This document shows positions 20,194 through 28,482 of a DNA stretch of 64,000 nt, piece after piece; position 1 is the stretch's first letter; each line of letters begins with the position of its first letter. The position numbers were made by a program, and so were the translations under genes. The stretch is taken from positions 256,001-320,000 of the forward strand of contig CAWDTA010000003.1 in the NCBI GenBank assembly GCA_963805085.1. The letters are read 5' to 3'. The notes beneath the pieces are model-generated. The model searched no databases, was not told where the DNA came from, and saw only the letters and a list, made by a program, of their open reading frames with translations. The DNA is from an uncultured Veillonellaceae bacterium (GTDB lineage Bacteria; Bacillota; Negativicutes; JARBTT01).

Positions 20194-21651
20194 GTGGATT
20201 GGAGTATAGATGGTTTAAAAGCTGCGATTATTAATGAGACTACTTATGTGAGTAATAAAATTGATAATGAGCTTACTTATGCGTCTAACCAATTAGATAA
20301 AGGGGAAGCTGCGGTTCTTAATGAGGTTACTTATGCAAAAAATGTAGTGGAGAAAGTCTTTTTTCCAGATGCTTCAAATGATCGTCAATCTGGACAAGAT
20401 GAGAGTGACGATACAGCCAGCGCTGCTTCAACGCAATCGGCAAATGGGGTGCCTGCTCCGAGTGGAGAAGAATGGTACTATCAAAAGGCGCAAGAAATAC
20501 AAAATGAGCATCCAGAAATGAGCCAAGAACAGATAACTAATAAAATGTCGGAGGAAATCTGGAACAACAATTATAATGCATTAATGGATGATATTGCCCA
20601 TAGTAAAACGCCGGAAGAACGGGATCAAAAGATTAAAGACTATCAGGCGGAATTAGATAATTATAAAGCATCTGGAATTAATGTTGATAATGATGTAGAA
20701 TATCTTAGAGATGTGCAAGGTATGCCAAAAGAAACTATTTCAAGTAAAATAATTTCTTTGATGAGTAATTATTCATTTAAAGTTGTAGAGTATCAATATA
20801 GTGTACCTCCTGACAGTTTTGCATTTATTGAAATCCCAAAAGACGGAATCAGTATAGAGAAATATACTGATTACCAAATACAAAAGAATGATGCTGAGAA
20901 TACAGTACATAATAGTTTGCAACAACAGGTTGAGGAGTTACTTGAAAAAGCAAAAAAATTACAGTTTATTAACGGTCGTCAATTAACGGACGCGGATCGT
21001 GAAGCGGGTTATCAACTGATGCCAACTCTTAATGGGCTAACCTACGTAAGAGCGAGATATGAGGATGGTAACTGGGTAATCCATCCTGATGACAGGCAAC
21101 TGGTCCAAGAAAGCAACCAAGATGTTGCTAAAGGTATGCTCTTAGGTGGAGTTTTACCAGGTGTAATTAAAGGAGTAAATGCAAGTGGAAAAAGTCTGCT
21201 TAAGGCTTTTACACAGGAGTCGAGTGAAAATTTTAGATTTAAAGAAGTTAATAGATTTACTGCGGAAGAAACAAATCAATGGTTTGTAGATAACATAAAA
21301 CCGGATTATAAACCACCATATAGACCAGGTACGGTCGTGAAAGAAATTGAGTTAAGCGAAAAAACAACATTTGTACGTGTATATGATAATAATCCGGGTG
21401 GATCTGGTAAGTATGGTAGCTGGGTAATGGATGCTAAAGAGATAGAGGGATTGACACCAAATCAGATTCAAGATAAATTTGCTCTGCCGAATATCCCTAA
21501 ATATGTTTGTGATGTTGAATTAGAGTCAGCTACTCGTATACGGGTAGGTGAAGTAAATCCACTTGATGGTTGGGGGGATGGTGGAGGTACACAATATGAT
21601 TTAATTGGACAAAGAATAGGTAAGTTTATAAATGAAAGATTATTAGAATAG
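20194..21651 (+). CDS. Polymorphic toxin 1: shared N-proximal domain plus TNT-like putative NAD glycohydrolase C-terminus
   Basis: APSGEE..AQEIQNEHP..ITNKMSEEIWNNNY shared with 22938 and 24624; C-terminal RVY..GSW..FALP..G..GGGTQY; small gene follows. Confidence 0.7.
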   Translation: MDWSIDGLKAAIINETTYVSNKIDNELTYASNQLDKGEAAVLNEVTYAKNVVEKVFFPDASNDRQSGQDESDDTASAASTQSANGVPAPSGEEWYYQKAQEIQNEHPEMSQEQITNKMSEEIWNNNYNALMDDIAHSKTPEERDQKIKDYQAELDNYKASGINVDNDVEYLRDVQGMPKETISSKIISLMSNYSFKVVEYQYSVPPDSFAFIEIPKDGISIEKYTDYQIQKNDAENTVHNSLQQQVEELLEKAKKLQFINGRQLTDADREAGYQLMPTLNGLTYVRARYEDGNWVIHPDDRQLVQESNQDVAKGMLLGGVLPGVIKGVNASGKSLLKAFTQESSENFRFKEVNRFTAEETNQWFVDNIKPDYKPPYRPGTVVKEIELSEKTTFVRVYDNNPGGSGKYGSWVMDAKEIEGLTPNQIQDKFALPNIPKYVCDVELESATRIRVGEVNPLDGWGDGGGTQYDLIGQRIGKFINERLLE

Positions 21652-21660
21652 GAGAAAACT

Positions 21661-21999
21661 ATGTATAGTATAAAAGATAATAATCTATTTATTAATTTAA
21701 AATGCGTAAAGTTTGATTTTGACATAAGAAATACGGTAGAATATTCGGGGCGTGTAGTTATTCTTTTGAGTATTCCATTTACAAGCAACGATATTAACAA
21801 TATTTATTGTGTAAGTGAGCTTGGAGAAATAATATGGCAGTCAGAAGATCTGAATTTGCTTTATCCTGACCTCAAAAATCTACCATATGAACAAATGGGA
21901 ATAAAAGATGGTATTTTGTATGCTTCTGATTTTTATGGTAGAAGTTATATGATTGATTTGGATACTGGAAGAATAAAAGGCTGTAACATTGTAAAATAA
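21661..21999 (+). CDS. Putative immunity protein 1
   Basis: Small gene 9 nt after toxin 1 with RBS aggag; NNIYCV..GEIIWQ beta-rich pattern. Confidence 0.65.
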   Translation: MYSIKDNNLFINLKCVKFDFDIRNTVEYSGRVVILLSIPFTSNDINNIYCVSELGEIIWQSEDLNLLYPDLKNLPYEQMGIKDGILYASDFYGRSYMIDLDTGRIKGCNIVK

Positions 22000-22272
22000 T
22001 CAGTGAGTTAACTTTAAAGGAAATGTTCACTTCAAAAATTTGAAAAAATTAGCCGCAAAATGGTGGAAGTAAATCATAATAATGAAAACGATTAGGATAG
22101 TAAAAATTAGAGACAAGAACATATTTATCAACAATAATGGCAGCATCTTACGCAGATGCTGCCATTTCCATTACGACTTATCTTTATAGAAGTTGCGGCA
22201 TCCGTCGCACATGACGCACATTAGATCTAAATGTGAATTTCAAAAGTTATAAAAACAAAGGAGGAAAAAACA

Positions 22273-22635
22273 ATGGCACAATTTCCAAATATTCAACAGC
22301 CAGTATACCCATTTACCACTAAAATCAAAGACCCTTCTCTGCAGTCCGAAATGGAAAACGGGATGGTTCTTTCCCGGGCTAAGTTTACTCGGGTACCGAA
22401 GATCTTTACTCTGAAATGGACGGCTTTACCTGCCGCTGATTATGCAAGCTTGCGTGATTTTTACTGCAATACGGTTTATGGCGGGAGTTTGGCGTTTGAC
22501 TGGTCTTATCCAACCGTTGCGGACGACTCGTATTCCGGTAAGCTGTTCTCCGTTCGCTTCAAAAGCGAAGACATTAGTTTCGATTTAGCAGCACCGGGCT
22601 ACTATTCCGGCAGTATAACAATTCAGGAGGTGTAA
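22273..22635 (+). CDS. Distal tail protein (lambda gpM/Dit-like), copy 1
   Basis: Near-identical to 27104-27466; RAKFTR..FTLKW..L....LRDFY...GG..AFDW. Confidence 0.75.
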   Translation: MAQFPNIQQPVYPFTTKIKDPSLQSEMENGMVLSRAKFTRVPKIFTLKWTALPAADYASLRDFYCNTVYGGSLAFDWSYPTVADDSYSGKLFSVRFKSEDISFDLAAPGYYSGSITIQEV

Positions 22636-22636
22636 T

Positions 22637-22768
22637 ATGTTAAATTTATCAGTTGCCGGTATGCTGGAAAAAAGTCAGCTTTCCAGTGACGGTGTATGGC
22701 TTTTGCTAGTGGAAGTTGCTATCCCGGATAAACATAATAAGAATAGATCGGTCATAACGACTGCATAA
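22637..22768 (+). pseudogene. Truncated 5' duplicate of the gpL-like gene
   Basis: First 27 codons identical to 27468 (MLNLSVAGMLEKSQLSSDGVWLLLVEV), then divergence and a stop. Confidence 0.85.
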
Positions 22769-22782
22769 GACAGAAATAATTC

Positions 22783-22869
22783 TTTTCGAAGTATAAACTT
22801 ATAATATATATAACTTTAAGTTTTCGCGCGAAGTACAAAACGATAAAAAAGGCCTGTTGGCCTTTTTTT
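22783..22869 (+). repeat. Conserved element upstream of toxin 2 (copy 2)
   Basis: Matches 19951-20046. Confidence 0.7.
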
Positions 22870-22937
22870 ATTTGCTGTCGTTTAAACAAAAAGTGTGATA
22901 TGAACTATTCTTATTTTGAGAAAGGATTTAGAGGTTA

Positions 22938-24221
22938 ATGAAGTATACATTACCTAATGGAATGACTGTAGATGAAAATGGGATACAAGTACTCCCTGAT
23001 AATAATCAGCAATCGTCAGAAACTACAGAAACAGTGTCGCAAGTAACTACTGCTAGTGGAATTGACATTGGTGAAGAAGCCAAGAAGGCAATGGCTAGAG
23101 ACAATGCAAACGATCAGGGGAGCGAGAAAGTAGAGGTCGGCTCTGCCTTCGCGCAATCGGGAAACGATGTTCATGCTCCAAGTGGAGAAGAATACTACTA
23201 TCGAAGGGCGCAAGAAATACAAAATGAACATCCCGATTGGACTACTGATCAGATAACGAATAAAATGTCGGAGGAAATTTGGAACAACAATTATCATGCA
23301 TTAATGGAGGATATTGCCCACAGTAAAACGCCCGCAGAGCGAGACGCAAAAATCGAACAGTATAAATCGCAGCTTCTAGAGTATTATGTTTCTGGAATTG
23401 ATGTTGATAATGATGTAGAATATCTTAGAGAAGTACAAGGTGTAGAACCTCAATACAGATTATCACCAGACAATCCCGCGTTTGTTGATGCAATATTAAG
23501 TTTTCAAGATAGGGCAAATGGTTATGATTTAGAGGATAATGAAAATCATATAAAATGGAGAATTAAACCTTCTGGTGCAGTGCATCCTGATGATTGGGAC
23601 AATTATCTGATACAGCAAGAATATAAACAGTCTATACAAACAGTTTCTGATAACAACGTGATAAATTCAGAAAATGTGCATAAATTATTAGATGTAGCAG
23701 GTCTTTTTCCTGCTGCTGGTGCTGTTCCAGATCTAGGAAACTCGGCTTTATATTTGTTTGAGGGTAATTATGAAGAATCGAGAAATAGTGCAATTGCAGC
23801 AGTACCATTTGCTGGAGATTATTTTGCCGTAGCAGTAAAAGGTAGTAAGCTTTTCAAAGGTGTAGATGAAACGCGTAATGCTGTTGTCGAAGCTGAGCGC
23901 ATAGTGTCTCAAGACGTTGGTAAAGCCCCGAATGCCAACAATTATAGAAAATTATTTTTGAAGGAAAACCCAGAGATGCCTAAAACATATCAAGTGCATC
24001 ATACTTTGCCGCAAAAGTACGAAGAAATTCTAAATTTCAAGGAAATTAACATTCATGAGGCGAAGTATCTAGAAGGAATTGATCCAGATATTCATAAACA
24101 GATAACAAAGGAATGGCAGAAGTGGGACAAATCTTTAGGAAGAACTCCCACCTCAGAGGAGGTATTTGACTTTACACAGAAAATAGATAGTAAATATGGT
24201 CAGTTTTGGTACAAAAAATGA
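22938..24221 (+). CDS. Polymorphic toxin 2: shared domain, pre-toxin helical segment and HH-motif (His-Me finger-like) putative nuclease
   Basis: LDVAGLFP..G.VPD..NSALY..EG pre-toxin motif; QVHHTLPQ...IH...H..IT.EW. Confidence 0.72.
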   Translation: MKYTLPNGMTVDENGIQVLPDNNQQSSETTETVSQVTTASGIDIGEEAKKAMARDNANDQGSEKVEVGSAFAQSGNDVHAPSGEEYYYRRAQEIQNEHPDWTTDQITNKMSEEIWNNNYHALMEDIAHSKTPAERDAKIEQYKSQLLEYYVSGIDVDNDVEYLREVQGVEPQYRLSPDNPAFVDAILSFQDRANGYDLEDNENHIKWRIKPSGAVHPDDWDNYLIQQEYKQSIQTVSDNNVINSENVHKLLDVAGLFPAAGAVPDLGNSALYLFEGNYEESRNSAIAAVPFAGDYFAVAVKGSKLFKGVDETRNAVVEAERIVSQDVGKAPNANNYRKLFLKENPEMPKTYQVHHTLPQKYEEILNFKEINIHEAKYLEGIDPDIHKQITKEWQKWDKSLGRTPTSEEVFDFTQKIDSKYGQFWYKK

Positions 24222-24234
24222 AAGGGGAATGCAA

Positions 24235-24588
24235 ATGGAAAAACAAAAATTACTTTTTGAAAATCTAAAACGTATAAAAGATTATTGGGTTACCAACGGG
24301 ATACGAGATATTGAGCCTGATGCTGATTTGAGATTTTCTGATGTTAAGGAGGCCATTCAAGAATTGCAAAAAATAATATCTACTCAAAGTCAAAAAGATG
24401 CCTATAAGAGAGTCTTAAATGATATTATTGAAGGGGTTTTTCACTCTACTTTAGTAATGATTGATGGTGGAGATGCTTTAGCTGATAATATGAAAATTGA
24501 TTTAGTGGATTTTGATACTGGTGAGTCGTTAAAGGGCAAAACAGCCTTGCATGAAGAGTTTTTCGGCTATTTGCTGGATAATGAATGA
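24235..24588 (+). CDS. Putative immunity protein 2
   Basis: Follows toxin 2, RBS aaagggga; FHS.LVMIDG...LHE.F pattern. Confidence 0.65.
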   Translation: MEKQKLLFENLKRIKDYWVTNGIRDIEPDADLRFSDVKEAIQELQKIISTQSQKDAYKRVLNDIIEGVFHSTLVMIDGGDALADNMKIDLVDFDTGESLKGKTALHEEFFGYLLDNE

Positions 24589-24647
24589 AATTAAGATAAT
24601 TACTAACAACGTGGCAGCATCTCATGAGATGCTGCTATTTCCATTAC

Positions 24648-25586
24648 TGGACTACTGATCAGATAACGAATAAAATGTCGGAGAAAATCTGGAACAATAA
24701 TTATAATGCATTAATGGAGGAGATTGCCCACAGTAAAACGCCCGCAGAGCGAGACGAAAAAATCGAACAGTATAAATCGCAGCTTCTAGAGTATTATGTT
24801 TCTGGAATTGATGTTGATAATGATGTAGAATATCTTAGAGAAGTACAAGGCGTAGAACCTCAATACAGATTATCACCGGATAATCCCGCGTTTATTGATG
24901 CAATATTAAGTTTTCAAGATAGGGCGAATGATTATGATTTAAAGTATAATGAAAATTATGTAAAATGGAGAATTAAACCTTCAGGGGCAGTGCATCCTGA
25001 TGATTGGGACAACTATCTGATACAGCAAGAATATAAACAGTCTATTTCAGATAATATGGTAGCGAAAGCTAGTATGGTTGTTGGTGGCCCTATAGCAGGA
25101 AAGGCATCCCAAGAGGTTAGCGTAGTTACAAAAGAAATAGCTGAGACTGAAAGTACTTTTGTGCAGGAATCAAGTAATGCTGTTGCTCGTGATACATATG
25201 ATGGAGTAAAGGAAGCTTCAGAATATTTGAAGTCTCAGGGAGTTTCTAGGCAATTCCGCAAACAAATATTAGAATCATTTGATGCAGGGACTATTAAATT
25301 GCAAGTTGCAGATGAAAATACTTATGGATTAAGATTTTATGATGGAGTAAATGCTGAAGCTAGGGGGAGATATCTGTTTGAAAGTTTTAACAATTTAACT
25401 AATCGTCAAAATTTAGCACTTCCACCAGAATGGAATGAAATGAGTGGGATTAAACAGTGGCGAATTGAACCCGATACAACAATGATAACAGGAGAAGCTG
25501 CTTCACAGTTTCAATTTGGATTTCGATATGTCGGAGGTGAAAAACAATGGTATATAACGGATCTAAAAAATCTTCTAGAACCATAA
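24648..25586 (+). pseudogene. Orphan (5'-truncated) toxin 3 cassette with a TNT/Tse6-like putative NADase C-terminus
   Basis: 24648-25045 is near-identical to 23238-23635 of toxin 2, then a different C-terminus (RFYD..GRYL..LALPP.WN..G.AA.Q..GG..QW); no RBS, and the track ATG lies in a hairpin loop. Confidence 0.72.
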
Positions 25587-25852
25587 TTTTAAAAAATCAA
25601 GTATTAATACTTATGGATAAGGCTATAGAGGATATTCAAAGTGAGATAAATAAACATAAATGTGGGATAATGGCTAATGGAACGATTGCCCAACTAGAAC
25701 ATATATGTAAAGAAGTTGAAAAAATGAAATCTACACTAAATTCCAAAATATTTCTCCCATCATATCCAGTGATTATTGTAGATTCATGGGATTTCAAATC
25801 TACTTTAGGGAATGATTTATTAAACTTATTGGAAAAATATAAAGAACTGTGA
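25583..25852 (+). CDS. Putative immunity protein 3 (helical); start uncertain (ATA 25583 or ATG 25613)
   Basis: Directly overlaps the toxin 3 stop; IAQLEHI and IVDSWDF.S.LG motifs. Confidence 0.6.
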   Translation: MILKNQVLILMDKAIEDIQSEINKHKCGIMANGTIAQLEHICKEVEKMKSTLNSKIFLPSYPVIIVDSWDFKSTLGNDLLNLLEKYKEL

Positions 25853-25959
25853 GAAAAAATAAAAAATGATTATATCAAAAACTAATTGAGAAAAAGTGAC
25901 GCGTGTGCTTTTGTCTCAACTAAAATGTAATTAAAGAGCAAAATGGCTAGCAGAGATGC

Positions 25960-26908
25960 CAATGTCATTAAGTTAAGGGTAGAGGATAAATCTCTAAAAG
26001 AATTGAGTACAAAAAATGCGTACCCGGTTCTTTTTTTTGTAGAAAAAGGTTGACAAACAGACAAAAATATGTGGCGCAGCCCCTTGAATGAATACATTTT
26101 GGGAGGTTTCGCTTATGAATTTCTCTGAAAGCGTGAAACAGGTATTGTTGGGAAAAATACAGGAGATGGCAACTTGTCCTAGATCGTTTGTACGCAATCC
26201 CGACAGTGATTTTACAAGAAAGCGAAAGCTTGATCTTGAAACAACTATTCGGTGTCTGATTGCCATGGAAAGCGGTAGCCTGAAGAAAGAACTGTTGGAG
26301 CTTTTCCATTACAATCTTGACACCGCGACGGCATCGGCTTTTAATCAGCAACGGGAAAAGATACTGCCGGAAGCGTTGGAATTTCTTTTTCGTGAGTTCA
26401 GCAAAGCTTTTGCACAATATCAAACATATCGTGGATATCGATTGCTAGCCTGTGACGGCACTGCCTTGAACATAGCTCGAAATTCAACCGATCAGGAAAC
26501 TTATTTTCAGTCAATTCCCGGAGATAAGGGGTTTAATCAACTCCATCTAAATTCTCTATACGATTTATGCAGCAGACGCTACGTAGATGCCATAATCCAG
26601 CCGGAAAGAAAAAAGAATGAGTGCCGTGCCATGACGGACATGATCGACCGGTGCGTTTCCGAACACAAGACAATATTTATTGCCGATCGCGGTTATGAAG
26701 CTTACAACACCTTTGCCCACGCAGAGCAAAGAGATATGTATTATCTTATACGCGTAAGAGAATCCGGGCATAGCATGGTAGCTAGCTTTGGGTTGCCACT
26801 AACCAATTCATTCGATACACGAGTACAATTGACACTGACCCATAAACAGACAACTCAGGCAAGAGCCTGTCCCAGTTATAAATTCCTTCCCTTAACTTAA
26901 TGACATTG
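25960..26908 (+). mobile_element. Internally deleted IS4-family insertion sequence
   Basis: 20-bp IRs caatgtcattaagttaaggg / cccttaacttaatgacattg; 10-bp target duplication gcagagatgc at 25950-25959 and 26909-26918. Confidence 0.9.
26115..26900 (+). pseudogene. Truncated IS4-family DDE transposase
   Basis: DFTRKRKL, LACDGT and IADRGY present; the C-terminal Y-x2-R-x3-E segment is absent; ORF ends within the right IR. Confidence 0.85.
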
Positions 26909-27103
26909 GCAGAGATGCTAGTCATTTTTGTTGAGCTGAACAAGCAAATCCGAAAGCACAAGCGACAGCAAAACAATAGCTACCAAAGAAAATAATATGT
27001 GACCTTCGGGATGTTCCATGGATTGTTAGACAAGTTAACCATGACGTATAACAATCCCTAAATGTAAATTTCGAAAACCATAAAAACAAAGGAGGAAAAA
27101 ACA

Positions 27104-27466
27104 ATGGCACAATTTCCAGATATCCAACAGCCAGTATACCCATTTACCACTAAAATCAAAGACCCTTCTCTGCAGTCCGAAATGGAAAACGGGATGGTTC
27201 TTTCCCGGGCTAAGTTTACTCGGGTACCGAAGACTTTTACTCTGAAATGGACGGCCCTGCCTGCCGCTGATTACGCGAGTTTGCGTGATTTTTACTGTAA
27301 TACGGTTTATGGTGGGAGTTTGGCATTTGACTGGTATTATCCAACTGTTGCGGACGACTCGTATTCTGGTAAGCTGTTCTCCGTTCGCTTCAAAAGCGAA
27401 GACATTAGTTTCGATTTAGCAGCACCGGGCTACTATTCCGGCAGTATAACAATTCAGGAGGTGTAA
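27104..27466 (+). CDS. Distal tail protein (lambda gpM/Dit-like), copy 2
   Basis: Heads the intact M-L-K-J-like run; RBS ggagg. Confidence 0.75.
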   Translation: MAQFPDIQQPVYPFTTKIKDPSLQSEMENGMVLSRAKFTRVPKTFTLKWTALPAADYASLRDFYCNTVYGGSLAFDWYYPTVADDSYSGKLFSVRFKSEDISFDLAAPGYYSGSITIQEV

Positions 27467-27467
27467 T

Positions 27468-28085
27468 ATGTTAAATTTATCAGTTGCCGGTATGCTGGAA
27501 AAAAGTCAGCTTTCCAGTGACGGTGTATGGCTTTTGCTAGTGGAAGTTACCATTCCAGAATCTGCTGAGCCTTTGCGACTTGTGCGCAATAATGAGGACA
27601 TCAGTTGGAATGGCTATACTTGGACAGCGTTTAATTTTAAACTCGGTGACATTACAGAGGATAGCAAAGGCAGGCCGCAGTCCGTACCGCTGCAGGTTTC
27701 AAACCTAACGCAAACTGTCCAGGCCTATGTAGAGGAAAATAGCGGTCTGACGGGTACGACGGTAGCACTGCGGGTGGTCCATTCCGAGCATTTGGACAAT
27801 GCTTCACCTGAATTGGAAGAAATCTTTACTGTGCAGTCTACGACCTGTGATAGTAAATGGATTACTTTTTACCTTGGCTGTGAAATATCCATTCAGCGGA
27901 GATTTCCTGCTCGGCGGGTACTGAAGAATTTCTGTGCTTGGCGCGATCAATACAAGGGAATCGAATGCGGGTATAACGGATCGCTCGCGGAGTGTGACGG
28001 CACGCTAGAGTCCTGCCGTGATCGAGGCAATGCGGCTCGCTACGGCGGCGAACCTAGCATTCCGGAAGGAGGTTTGTATGCCTAG
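27468..28085 (+). CDS. Tail tip protein, lambda gpL-like
   Basis: C-terminal four-Cys motif CAW...ECGY.G...CD.TL..C..RGN..RYGG.P. Confidence 0.8.
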   Translation: MLNLSVAGMLEKSQLSSDGVWLLLVEVTIPESAEPLRLVRNNEDISWNGYTWTAFNFKLGDITEDSKGRPQSVPLQVSNLTQTVQAYVEENSGLTGTTVALRVVHSEHLDNASPELEEIFTVQSTTCDSKWITFYLGCEISIQRRFPARRVLKNFCAWRDQYKGIECGYNGSLAECDGTLESCRDRGNAARYGGEPSIPEGGLYA

Positions 28086-28482
28086 TATGAAGAGAACATT
28101 TACGGATATCATCGGCTTACCATTTGTTGATGGTGGGCGAGACCCAACTACTGGTTTTGATTGCTGGGGACTCTCTACTGAAGTTTTCCGACGCTACGGG
28201 CTTAAGCTGCCCGACTACAAAATATCTTGTGAAGAGGCTAGTTCGATTCACAGTGAAGTGCATAAGCAAAAACAATTTTGGCGCAGGTGTGAGGGAGAAA
28301 TCCCCGTTCCTGCGCTTGTTGTTATCCGCTTTACCGTGTACTGTGACCATACTGGGGTGTACATTGGTAACGGTCGGTTTATCCATACCCGCAAAGGAAT
28401 TGGTGTCAACATCGACCGCATTGACAGCCCCGCTTGGGCGAAACGTATTGAAGGATTCTATGTACCGGAGGTGATGGCATGA
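28078..28482 (+). CDS. NlpC/P60 tail assembly protein, lambda gpK-like
   Basis: GLPFVDGGRD...DCWGL, HTGVYIG..RFIH; RBS aaggagg before ATG 28078. Confidence 0.85.
   Translation: MPSMKRTFTDIIGLPFVDGGRDPTTGFDCWGLSTEVFRRYGLKLPDYKISCEEASSIHSEVHKQKQFWRRCEGEIPVPALVVIRFTVYCDHTGVYIGNGRFIHTRKGIGVNIDRIDSPAWAKRIEGFYVPEVMA

Noticed and set aside
24624-24647. ATG 24624 as the true start of toxin 3
   Set aside because: It lies in a hairpin loop without an RBS and encodes MRCCYFHY, which is unrelated to the paralogs; homology begins at 24648.
20194-25586. LXG/T7SS, Rhs, CDI or MuF toxin assignment
   Set aside because: No LXG/WXG motif, YD repeats, haemagglutinin repeats or MuF domain is visible and no such machinery is in the window. 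A remote match cannot be excluded without an HMM search.
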